Below are positions 28,978-38,380 of a stretch of 64,000 bases of DNA, in pieces (the first letter of the stretch is position 1; every line of letters starts with the position of its first letter). Location of the stretch: positions 2,110-66,109 of the forward strand of contig CAZPWS010000013.1 of the NCBI GenBank assembly GCA_964590225.1, in the 5' to 3' direction. Made by a program: the position numbers and the translations under genes. A model generated the notes under the pieces. That model did no database searches. It was not told the DNA's origin and worked only from the letters and a program-made list of their open reading frames with translations. This DNA is from an uncultured Fibrobacterota bacterium. GTDB lineage: Bacteria > Fibrobacterota > OXYB2-FULL-49-7 > JAEUSG01.

Positions 28978-29265
28978 CTATTTTATTAACGAAACATCCA
29001 TAGTAAAGGGAGAGTCGTAGTACTTATACTCGAACATCTCACCGTTAATGTTTTTAGTAATATCTTTTCGTGATTCAAGACTGGCAAGAGCCATTGGCCT
29101 TATTTGAGGTCTTTTATCAACTGAAATAAGAGCGACCTGAGGCTTTTTGATTTTGCCTTCAATCGTAAAGGTTTCGAGAACTATCGAACGATTGGTTCCG
29201 CCCCGTTCAGCAGGCAGATGACAACACATTGCAATGAGCACAACAACCACTCTTTTGCAAAACAC
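28978..29265 (-). CDS. small (95 aa) signal-peptide protein, unknown function
   Basis: GTG start with AAAAGG upstream, and a hydrophobic N-terminus VVVVLIAMCC. Its position inside the operon-like block is the only support for it. Confidence 0.4.
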   Translation of the reverse strand: MFCKRVVVVLIAMCCHLPAERGGTNRSIVLETFTIEGKIKKPQVALISVDKRPQIRPMALASLESRKDITKNINGEMFEYKYYDSPFTMDVSLIK

Positions 29266-29355
29266 CCTTTTACCCCTTTTATAGTTCTTAACCTGTTTAA
29301 CTTCAATGCATTGTAAAAATAAAACAATGGGTGCGCGAAAACAATATATTCCTCC

Positions 29356-32300
29356 CTATCTGCTCATCTTACTCTCAAGGATCTTTCTATAGACCTGAAT
29401 GTCGTTCCGGGCTGACTTAATTGCCTCGTCTGTAGATGCAATTCGAAACTTTATACTCCTTATTCTCGTTTGAATCGCCTTAACCTCTTTTTTAAGTTCG
29501 TCGTTCCTTTGAACCAGTTTTTCTCTTTCCGATGTAAACTCTTCGTAAGTTCTAAACTCGTTTACCCCTTCTGAAGCTTTCGTTTCAGTTGTTGTTGGCG
29601 GAGATTTTACTGCCTCTTTGACATGCGTCGTATCCCTTTTTGGTTCTTCTTGTTTGGGCTCTACATGCGCCTTGTGATCTGTTTCCACAACTTTTTCAGT
29701 TACAGCTACAATTTTATTTTGCTCGCTTACTTCACCACCAACAGAATCTTCCTTGACATTGTATTCAGCCACTTTGTCTTCAGGTGTTTCTTCTCCAGCG
29801 GCCAAAAGTCCGATTGAAGAGGTGTAATGGAGAGAAGTATCGATAGTTGCCTTAATAGAAACACCTATTCCTTCGCCATTGCCGGTTTTAAAGGATAGGG
29901 CAACAGAATTATCCCCACCAACAAGAATGTTTTTTATATCGAAGGAGTCAACCTTTGAAAAAGAACGATTTATAGCCGTATCGGCACTCACCGGCGTACC
30001 ATTCACCGAGAAACGATATTTCCCCCCGCTTGCTATGTAAGCGATAGCGTTCATAACTTTGCCCCGAAGCAGAAATTGTCTCTTTAAATATATCTGCTTA
30101 TTATCAACTGTTCTTATTGAATTTCCACTCAGCTGTTTTTTGTCAATTTTCTTCCACAACGAGTCAAACGGCGATAACTTAGTCCAGCCTGCTACAGAAT
30201 CGCTACGACACCGCCATTCCAAACTTACTCCAATTTCAATTTCTGCCAACGCCTCCTTCGGAGTATATGTTTGAGGATCAAGTTTTTTAAGTGCCTCAAG
30301 GATTTTACGCCTCCACTCGCCTCCTATCGATTCTTTTTGTATATAATTGTAACCTTCTTCAAACAGTTTAAGAGCTCTATCCTGAATTTCAAAGGCGACA
30401 TCCTCTATCTGAAAAATTGTCTCCTCTCTTTCATCTCCCTTGATTTCAGGCGGAATTGCAGGACTATTTAGCATTTCACTCGACAGAGAAAAGAATACAT
30501 TGGCCCTGTTAAATAGAATAGAGGCGATGGAGTCATCTATCGATATGATCTCGGTGTCTGCAAAACCCCTCTCTTTTAGCTTTGTCTTAGACTCAATAGT
30601 TTTCTGAAACGCCTGCATATAAAGAGGCTGGACAGTCTCAGCCAATTTTTGCCGATAAAGATAATGTTGTACCGCCATTTTTTTAATTTTGGCAGGAGCA
30701 GGAACACCCGACAACACCTCGGCAGCCTTGGCATGAAATCCGCCAAGCGATAGATAAGTTTTTAATATCGCGGCTCTTGACATATCCACAAACTTACGCT
30801 GTTCTTTTTTAATCAATGTATCAGAAGCGAGAGATTTAGCGAGATTAATATTGACCATATGCGGCTCTATACACTTTTCTCTCAATGCTACAGTCGCTAT
30901 GTAAATATCCCTCTCCGCAATGGCTGCTTTTGCGGGATCCTGCTTAGTGTCCCGCTCCTGAAGAATAAATGTCTCGGAAAAGGTTGTGTAGGCATCTCCT
31001 ATTCTGTATGCTGCTTCAAAAAGTCTTTCTGATTTCAACTGTATCACCCTTGTATAGCTGTCAATCGTTTTCTTGAGCAGCTCAGCCTTATTTTTTTGTG
31101 CTTCCTCCATCGCCTTAGCCGGCAATTTGAATTCAACCGCCTCAAAACGGAGACGAACCATTTCTGCTATATTAAACGCCGCTTCGCCGGCGAAATAATC
31201 ATTATTCCGCCCGATCGGTCTGAGCGTCTCATTCCTTCCAATCAGTGCTTCAAATGCAGATTCTGCACTCGATTTATTGCCTTCCTTCTGTAGAATTTCG
31301 CACACTCTGTATCGAGCCTCTATTTCACCGGTTGAACCGGGAAAACGGCGGACAAAGTTTTCGAAGGCTTTTTTAGCACGATCCGGCTTATTTCCTTCAA
31401 GAAAATACTTGGCAGATGAAAACAGAAGCGCTTCCACCTCCTTAGCATCAGGATAAGCTTCGGCGTACCGCTCCTGTGATTCAGCCATCTTATCGTAGGC
31501 CTTCATTTTTTCGTAGCAAAGCCCAATATTAAAGAGAGCGTCCCTTGCTTTTACTGAAGAAGGATACCCCGCAAGAATAAGCTCATAACATACAATAGCT
31601 TCAGCAAAAGAACTGTCATTCTCAAAACAGGTTGCACCGTTAAAAAGTGCTCCATCAGCAAGTTTACTATACGGGTACTTTTGCTGAAGCCGCCTATAAA
31701 TTGACGCAGCCTCCCGCCATTCACCTTGCTTTTCGTAAGCATCGGCAGCATTAAAGAGTACAATATCCATATTCGAGTAATCGGGATACTTCCTTTCAAT
31801 AGCAATAAAAAGAAGTGCCGCAACTTTATAGTCCTTCGCATGTCGCTTGGATTCGGCGTTCTGAAATGCCGATTCAACTCGACGGGCTTTTGCCTCTTCC
31901 CTGAACTTTCCATCGGGAGCGAGCGAATAAAGCGTATTGAATACCTTTTCGGCCATTTCAAATTCCTTTAAACCACTGTAGCATTGTCCTTGATAGAGCA
32001 AAGCCTCAAGTCGCTTCGAATCGGAGGAATCTTTAATCTTTGAAATTATGAGTGAGTAAATTTTTTGAGCATTATCAAACATTCGACGATTGAAATAAAT
32101 AGACGCCGGAATAAATGCTACATCTATAGTTTCATTATTATCCGGCAACAAGTTGACAAGATTCTGACATGCCTCAATAATATTTTTTTCCCTCTCGGTG
32201 ACACGACCATCTTCGCCCTTATCCGTTTCCTCAATCCTTTGAGCGACAGCAATGGCGTTTATTGCCGCCTGCTGCCTGTGTGCTGTTTCGGGACGACGGG

Positions 32301-33681
32301 ATACCGATAGGTACAATATCCTCGCGCTATCAAGGTTATAAAGATTCTGTTCATATATTACCGCATTAACCCAAAGCGCTTCGTATGTTTCCTCCGCTTC
32401 CTCGTATATAGCCGCAAGACGACTGTTGAGTGTAATAACCGATTTATATGCCGTGTTAGATGAAGTTTCTCTGGCCTTAGTAAAGCGGTATTGGGCAGCA
32501 GAAAGAATACATTTTATTGAAAGTGAATCTGCGCTTTTAAGCCATACCGGATCAGCTATTTTTTTCTGCCAAACATTACCCCTTGAATAAGTATCGAAAA
32601 AACGCTCCTTTTCTATTTGCGCGCTATCGTAGGAGCCAAGCCGCTCAAGGCAACGAATAATACCCATTCTGCCGCTAAGTACCTGACCGTAAAAAGGGTA
32701 CTTATCCTGCATAAGACGGTAGCAGCTCATGGCACTCTCAAAATCCATCTGTTCTTCGTAGTAGGTCCCCATCCTGTTAAGTATCAGCAAGGCATAAACC
32801 TTGTTTCCTAACATTTCAAGAAACTGGGTCACCCGTCCAAGATCGCCAACTTCACATAAGCTGACAGAGATATATTCGATAGCTTCATCACGGAACATCG
32901 GGTTTTTTTCTACACCTGACTGCCGCACTCCATAAGCCTCAGAAACATCTATTTCCTCAATTAAGTGCCTGAATACCGTAACCGCTTCAGTGTAGCGATC
33001 GAGCATATAGTACGACCATGCCAAACGATACAAAGCCTCAATAAACTTGTCTGAATCCCTGTATTTTAGCACCTCTTTGTAAATATCTATTGCTTTTTCA
33101 TACCCTTTTCCGTTAATAGATGACGGATTATTGAAATAGTATGCTCCCATTTCCATTAGCGCATCAAGATAATGCGCTCCATTTGGATACTTCATAACAA
33201 GAACTTCGAACGCTTTATTTGCCTTAGCGAGATCCTCACTCTTTTTATGGCAGAGGCCGGTATAATACAATACCTGCTCTGTCATAACCGAATCCTGACT
33301 TCGCTTTAGTATATCACGATAAACCGCAAGAACCCTTGAAAAATCATATGAAGGATACTGCGGCTCTGCCTTTAATACACCCTTTTCAAACTTAGAATAC
33401 TCTTCTTCATATATTGCAACACGATTCGAAAAATCAATTAGCTCTTTTTCGTATAACAGCTCTGAAAGGCGAAACATAAAATCTTCCACATATTTACCTT
33501 CCGGAGAAAACAGAACCAACATTTCAAGGTTTTTTATCAGCGCATCCCTCTCTCTCTTGATGGACGCTTCAATAAGCTGCGCCTCATTTTCGAGATCGGC
33601 AATTGCAGTTTTTCCCTTTTTTGCATAGACAAAATTAAAAAGCAGCATGATTACCAGTGAGAAGCGTACGATATTGGTCAT
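29356..33681 (-). CDS. 1441-aa TPR-repeat protein with a C-terminal beta-rich domain, a disordered acidic linker and a coiled coil
   Basis: Signal/anchor N-terminus and dozens of A..Y/F..A TPR-like repeats (for example YYTGLCHKKSEDLAKANKAFEVLVMKYP). The terminal 70 aa are heptad-like. Confidence 0.8.
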   Translation of the reverse strand: MTNIVRFSLVIMLLFNFVYAKKGKTAIADLENEAQLIEASIKRERDALIKNLEMLVLFSPEGKYVEDFMFRLSELLYEKELIDFSNRVAIYEEEYSKFEKGVLKAEPQYPSYDFSRVLAVYRDILKRSQDSVMTEQVLYYTGLCHKKSEDLAKANKAFEVLVMKYPNGAHYLDALMEMGAYYFNNPSSINGKGYEKAIDIYKEVLKYRDSDKFIEALYRLAWSYYMLDRYTEAVTVFRHLIEEIDVSEAYGVRQSGVEKNPMFRDEAIEYISVSLCEVGDLGRVTQFLEMLGNKVYALLILNRMGTYYEEQMDFESAMSCYRLMQDKYPFYGQVLSGRMGIIRCLERLGSYDSAQIEKERFFDTYSRGNVWQKKIADPVWLKSADSLSIKCILSAAQYRFTKARETSSNTAYKSVITLNSRLAAIYEEAEETYEALWVNAVIYEQNLYNLDSARILYLSVSRRPETAHRQQAAINAIAVAQRIEETDKGEDGRVTEREKNIIEACQNLVNLLPDNNETIDVAFIPASIYFNRRMFDNAQKIYSLIISKIKDSSDSKRLEALLYQGQCYSGLKEFEMAEKVFNTLYSLAPDGKFREEAKARRVESAFQNAESKRHAKDYKVAALLFIAIERKYPDYSNMDIVLFNAADAYEKQGEWREAASIYRRLQQKYPYSKLADGALFNGATCFENDSSFAEAIVCYELILAGYPSSVKARDALFNIGLCYEKMKAYDKMAESQERYAEAYPDAKEVEALLFSSAKYFLEGNKPDRAKKAFENFVRRFPGSTGEIEARYRVCEILQKEGNKSSAESAFEALIGRNETLRPIGRNNDYFAGEAAFNIAEMVRLRFEAVEFKLPAKAMEEAQKNKAELLKKTIDSYTRVIQLKSERLFEAAYRIGDAYTTFSETFILQERDTKQDPAKAAIAERDIYIATVALREKCIEPHMVNINLAKSLASDTLIKKEQRKFVDMSRAAILKTYLSLGGFHAKAAEVLSGVPAPAKIKKMAVQHYLYRQKLAETVQPLYMQAFQKTIESKTKLKERGFADTEIISIDDSIASILFNRANVFFSLSSEMLNSPAIPPEIKGDEREETIFQIEDVAFEIQDRALKLFEEGYNYIQKESIGGEWRRKILEALKKLDPQTYTPKEALAEIEIGVSLEWRCRSDSVAGWTKLSPFDSLWKKIDKKQLSGNSIRTVDNKQIYLKRQFLLRGKVMNAIAYIASGGKYRFSVNGTPVSADTAINRSFSKVDSFDIKNILVGGDNSVALSFKTGNGEGIGVSIKATIDTSLHYTSSIGLLAAGEETPEDKVAEYNVKEDSVGGEVSEQNKIVAVTEKVVETDHKAHVEPKQEEPKRDTTHVKEAVKSPPTTTETKASEGVNEFRTYEEFTSEREKLVQRNDELKKEVKAIQTRIRSIKFRIASTDEAIKSARNDIQVYRKILESKMSR

Positions 33682-35276
33682 TGTTCGCTTTCACCTCTAC
33701 TTGCTTTATCGAGTTTACCAATTTCACGATACACTTCAGAAAGCCGAACCTTTAATTGATCAAGATGCATAAAGCTCCAGTCAATAAACTTCGCCTGCGC
33801 ATCTTCGGCTCCAGTGTAAGAAATCTCGGAATTTATAGAATGCTGCCGTATATCATCTCGCAGCTCGCGGCGGGTCCTGATCAATATCATAAGAGAATCC
33901 CGTGATGCAATTATTCGGGATTCTTCCATCGGATCTCTTTGTCCAACCCTGCCAGTAGTAACAGCAGCAATAGCGGAAGTGAGAGAATCGGCCACCCTTT
34001 CCAGACCAGAGACTTCTTTATCAAGCTGTTCAAGAAAGCGCAGTTCGTAAACACCTGAGCTGCCGCTTATGTAGGCTGCCGCATCCAGACCGCGAAGCAG
34101 ATCTTCGAAGCCCGCGCTGATTTTTCCCTTTATTGCCGTTATTGTATCATAAACAGCCGATATCAATCTTTTTTTGTCAAGAGTAATAGCCCTCGCAGAT
34201 AAATCATTACAAAATGCGCCAAACATTGAATGCGCGTCTGAGAGCTGATCAAGCTCCTTATAAACATCAAATGTGAGCTTCTTTCTCCTTATTGTTGTTT
34301 CAAGGTATGACCGCAAGGTATCGATTTTGGTATCTTGCTTTGTCCGGAGATATGCAGACTCAAGCACCATGGCCGCCTCAAAAATGTATTCTCCATTTCC
34401 TGCCGTAAGAAGTATTTCTCCCAGCTTTATTGCATTTGGAAGATCGTTACCATACAATTTGATTTGACTAAGAAAAATCAGCGATTCACCATAACGCGGC
34501 GAAAGCGGATCAATTTTTGCCAGAAATTCCTCTGCCCTATCCATTCGTTTAAGCTTTATATAAAGCTGCCCTGCTACAAGCTTGGCTTCGTCAGAAAGAA
34601 GCTTATCCTTTGTCCCCTTTATTATCGCATCAAGCTGTAGAAGTGCTTTCTCATAATTATTCAATTCTATGGCGCATAAACTCCTGATAAATAGCGAAGC
34701 ATACCGAAGAGGAGAGTTGTCCGATATGGAAGCCATGACTTTTTCAGCATCAGCAAATAGTCTTTTTCTATAAAGTCGCTTGCCTTCTGTAAACTTTACA
34801 GCATCTGCCATTTCTCCAATCGAGTCTGTCCTGAACATAATTTCCATATGAAACAGAACTCCTTCGTCATCTCCTTTTGTATATGCATGTTCGACAAGAC
34901 GAAAAAGCGCTTTGGAGCGAAACGGACTACCTGGGTATTCTTCCGATAAACGACGGTAAAAACCTACGGCAATCTTATCCATGCCGAGTGCTCTGTAACT
35001 CTCACCCTTAAGAAAAAGGTAGGCATCCATCCTGCCATCAGGCAATCCCATAGCAAGCATTTCCCTAAGCTGCAGAATGGCAAGACGATATCTGCCATTT
35101 GAGTAATTTCCAATTATCGCACGATATTCTCCAGGCAAAAGGGACAAACCATACTCAGGAGAACTATCATATCTATCAACTGACGAGTTCATTATGTAAT
35201 AGTCGTCAACAGAAGCAGCCCATATCGAACAAAAAACAGGCAAAATTACGAGAACTATTTTCGCTATTTGCAACAT
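33678..35276 (-). CDS. 532-aa TPR-repeat protein
   Basis: Signal peptide, then TPR-like repeats (AVGFYRRLSEEYPGSPF...). ATGA overlap with the downstream TPR gene. Confidence 0.75.
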   Translation of the reverse strand: MLQIAKIVLVILPVFCSIWAASVDDYYIMNSSVDRYDSSPEYGLSLLPGEYRAIIGNYSNGRYRLAILQLREMLAMGLPDGRMDAYLFLKGESYRALGMDKIAVGFYRRLSEEYPGSPFRSKALFRLVEHAYTKGDDEGVLFHMEIMFRTDSIGEMADAVKFTEGKRLYRKRLFADAEKVMASISDNSPLRYASLFIRSLCAIELNNYEKALLQLDAIIKGTKDKLLSDEAKLVAGQLYIKLKRMDRAEEFLAKIDPLSPRYGESLIFLSQIKLYGNDLPNAIKLGEILLTAGNGEYIFEAAMVLESAYLRTKQDTKIDTLRSYLETTIRRKKLTFDVYKELDQLSDAHSMFGAFCNDLSARAITLDKKRLISAVYDTITAIKGKISAGFEDLLRGLDAAAYISGSSGVYELRFLEQLDKEVSGLERVADSLTSAIAAVTTGRVGQRDPMEESRIIASRDSLMILIRTRRELRDDIRQHSINSEISYTGAEDAQAKFIDWSFMHLDQLKVRLSEVYREIGKLDKASRGESEQ

Positions 35277-38200
35277 CTGAAACCAACACTCTTATTTTTG
35301 CTAGAAAGCAGCTCAGGGAATGACGAACTGCATCTGGCGTTTTTCCCATATGAAAAGTCTCCACCGGCGATTTTATTATAGCCACCCTCCCTGTCCGCAA
35401 CCCATTCCCATACATTGCCAGTTAGATCATAAACACCATTATCGCCAACACATCTTTTCCTTTTTCCAGACACCTCTACTTCGGTTGAACTCGTATTGCA
35501 TTTTTCCTCGCTGTAAATAGCACCCCAGGGATACTCATTTGATTCTCTTCCATTAACGCAGGCGGCTCGCCATTCAGTGAAACGACAAAGCCTTTTCCCT
35601 ACGCTTCTGCAGCGCATCTCCGCCTCAACCCACGAAGCTCCCGTATGAGGCAATTCGCCCTTAATATTTGGGAACTCATATTTATCTATACAAAAAGCCT
35701 GTTCCCCGGCAAATAGGGAGACCATATTTACAGGGCAGTTTTTATATATCTTGACTTCTCTTGTTAGGCGAGATACAAGCCCCGCCGGATCCATAACCTC
35801 AAGACTTACTGAATACCTGCCAGGCCTTTGAAAAAAGGCTTCCTTTTGGGGATTACTGGACCAACCTGATTCAATAACAGAATCGCTCTTTATATCCCAC
35901 CGGTACCGAAGCGCATCGGAACCTGATTCCTCATCGACTGACATTGAAGCATCAAACATTACCGGAGTACCTTCCAAAGGCATTGATGGCTCTACAACAA
36001 AATCAGGTCTCGGCGGCAAATCAAGGATATAGTCTCCCCCTGCTATTTTTCCCTTATAGCCGTACTGATCCATCGCAAAATAACGGAGTCTCGTTGATTT
36101 GGTTACTGGTATGGGACTCCTATAAATCTGCGACCTTTCCGTTGGCTCTTTTCCGTCGATGCTGTAATATATGGTTGCGTCATTAAAGGTGGAGAGAACT
36201 ACATGAAGGATTTTATTATGCTTCCCTTCTGCGGGTGTTGCAAGAACCGTTGGCAGGTTGGCATCAAACTGGTACAGCATACTCCTGTTACCAGCCATGT
36301 CCTCTGCTATGAAATTTATACGGATGGTATCTCTCAGAGGGAAAACGAGTTTATCCTTGGAAAGAAACAATTTATTACCAATAACGGAAGCGGTAGGACT
36401 CCTTTCGGGATTTGATCCGTCTGTAGTATAGTAAATAGACGCATTTTCAGAACATTCGAAATATAGAGTAATCGTGGAATCAACAATATTTCTCTTTGAA
36501 TAAACATTAACATCTGGAGGGTATAAGTCTATAAAATAACTTTCTTCTCTAATAGACGAGCGGGCACCCTGAAGGTTTTCTGTAAAGTATTCTACTTTAT
36601 ACAAACCATTGGCGTTAAAGAATAATGGTTCACCATATTCTAAGAAATCCCCTCTATCAGCATCTCTTGCCTTTATTCTATAAAAAATTTTGCTCTTCAT
36701 GTTGGATGTAAGCGAGACGCGAACAGCCCTCCTATAAACCCCTCCCGGTGGTGCGGCGCTTACGCTCGGAAGGGCAATTTCGGTAAGCTCGGAAACATCA
36801 GTTCTGTTTCCCACAGTATCAACAGCAAAATAACGAACCCTGCCCCCTGCATTAACTGTAAAAGGTTTTTCGTATTTTTTTGATAAAAAACTAGGCTCAC
36901 TACCGTCCGTCGTAAAATAGAGGATATCTTTAACATCTATTTCGAAAGCAATCTCGAAAGTTTTCCCATCTTCACCCTTAGTTATACGGGATAAAACCTT
37001 CGGAGGAGTCTGATCCAAAGTGTAAATTGCAGATGCAAATCCGCTTCTTACTCCGTTTATATCAACGGCCTGACAGGTAACCGAGACACGACCATCTTTA
37101 GTAACAGAAATTGGAGCAACATATTGCAGAGAATTCTCACCCGGCAGATTGTTATCGAGCGAATAAAAAATCCGTGCCGAATCACTTGTCGTTATTGATA
37201 TTCTAAATGGCTTATTATAAGTACCAGGTGCTGGGGAAAAGAAAATTTTTGGCGGCTCGGTTTCGGATGTAAATCTTTGCCTGAAATCGTTAGAAAAATT
37301 ACCCGCAGCATCCCTCGCATAGACTCTTAAATCAAGAACACCTTTTTTGGGTACAGATATGGGGCCGGTGTATGGAATAGATTTTTCAGTAGGAGCTGTT
37401 CCGTCGATAGTGTAAGTGATAACTGCCTTTTCGTTGGATCGGATTTGGACACTTCTTTTTTCACCAGTTGTTTTCATCACAGCCGATACCTTTGGAGGAT
37501 GTATATCAACGGTAAATACAAGTTTTGACAGATCGGATCTTACGCCCGCACTATTCTCACCATAGAAACTCAATATGGTTTGTCCTGCCTTAATATTAAG
37601 TGGGGAAACATATTGTAAGAAGGAAGATATTGGAGCAAATTCGTCAAACGAGTATCGAATTTTTACCCCCTCAGTTGACGAGAGTGTTAACTTAAATGGT
37701 TTATCGAAAAGACCACCTGCTTCACTCGCTTTAACAACAGGCATCGATTTTTCGAATGAGTAAACAGCAGACGCCTCATCACTTCTATTTCCAGCTTCAT
37801 CTATCGCATAAGCTTTGAGTGAACACGGCTTACCAATTACAATCCGCCCTTTGTACGCAACAAAATCGGAACCGCAAAGCGAATAATAAATCGATGCGGG
37901 CTCACTTGTAAGCAATTTAACTTCAACATCTTTTGCGAATACGCCACCACGAGGAGTAATGTCAACTTTTGGAGCATGGGTATCAACTCTATAAACAACA
38001 ATCTTTTCTTCAGATCGGTTTCCAACTATATCGGAGGCGAAATACCGTAGCTCTGTCCGTCCTTCAGCAGAAATTGTAAGCAGACCGGAGTACTCCGTCG
38101 ATTTATCCGTTGGCGTTGTTCCATCAACGGTATAGTATATGGTCGCCTGCTCATTTGTTGTAAAGCGGATTTCGAGTGGCCTATTATACAAGCCAGGAGG

Positions 38201-38311
38201 GACAGTAACCTGTACAAATGGAGCCGTTGTATCAATGATACCTGCAGATGGCACAGGTAACGCTCGCTCGGCCGCTATAAAGCTAAAAAGTGATAGGACA
38301 AAAAGTATCAT
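35264..38311 (-). CDS. secreted multi-domain protein: 9 chitobiase/hexosaminidase-C-like (Fn3-associated) repeats, a PKD domain, and a C-terminal FGE-sulfatase (SUMF1/GldJ/GldK-type) domain
   Basis: Nine copies of the motif IYYTxDGSxP...Y..P....(R/K)..A.D.AGN.S. A PKD-like RYRWDIKSD block. The C-terminus has FCIDKYEFPN...SWVEAEMRCRSVGKRLC...YPWG...GVYDLTGNVWEWV. I chose the ATG at 38311 (signal peptide MILFVLSLFSFIAA) over the TTG at 38359. Confidence 0.75.
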   Translation of the reverse strand: MILFVLSLFSFIAAERALPVPSAGIIDTTAPFVQVTVPPGLYNRPLEIRFTTNEQATIYYTVDGTTPTDKSTEYSGLLTISAEGRTELRYFASDIVGNRSEEKIVVYRVDTHAPKVDITPRGGVFAKDVEVKLLTSEPASIYYSLCGSDFVAYKGRIVIGKPCSLKAYAIDEAGNRSDEASAVYSFEKSMPVVKASEAGGLFDKPFKLTLSSTEGVKIRYSFDEFAPISSFLQYVSPLNIKAGQTILSFYGENSAGVRSDLSKLVFTVDIHPPKVSAVMKTTGEKRSVQIRSNEKAVITYTIDGTAPTEKSIPYTGPISVPKKGVLDLRVYARDAAGNFSNDFRQRFTSETEPPKIFFSPAPGTYNKPFRISITTSDSARIFYSLDNNLPGENSLQYVAPISVTKDGRVSVTCQAVDINGVRSGFASAIYTLDQTPPKVLSRITKGEDGKTFEIAFEIDVKDILYFTTDGSEPSFLSKKYEKPFTVNAGGRVRYFAVDTVGNRTDVSELTEIALPSVSAAPPGGVYRRAVRVSLTSNMKSKIFYRIKARDADRGDFLEYGEPLFFNANGLYKVEYFTENLQGARSSIREESYFIDLYPPDVNVYSKRNIVDSTITLYFECSENASIYYTTDGSNPERSPTASVIGNKLFLSKDKLVFPLRDTIRINFIAEDMAGNRSMLYQFDANLPTVLATPAEGKHNKILHVVLSTFNDATIYYSIDGKEPTERSQIYRSPIPVTKSTRLRYFAMDQYGYKGKIAGGDYILDLPPRPDFVVEPSMPLEGTPVMFDASMSVDEESGSDALRYRWDIKSDSVIESGWSSNPQKEAFFQRPGRYSVSLEVMDPAGLVSRLTREVKIYKNCPVNMVSLFAGEQAFCIDKYEFPNIKGELPHTGASWVEAEMRCRSVGKRLCRFTEWRAACVNGRESNEYPWGAIYSEEKCNTSSTEVEVSGKRKRCVGDNGVYDLTGNVWEWVADREGGYNKIAGGDFSYGKNARCSSSFPELLSSKNKSVGFRCCK

Positions 38312-38380
38312 TTTGTTGTAGGATAATATTATAGAATTGTATGAGTAGTCGCAAAGCAAAAAAGAGATAGGCGCCTTTTC

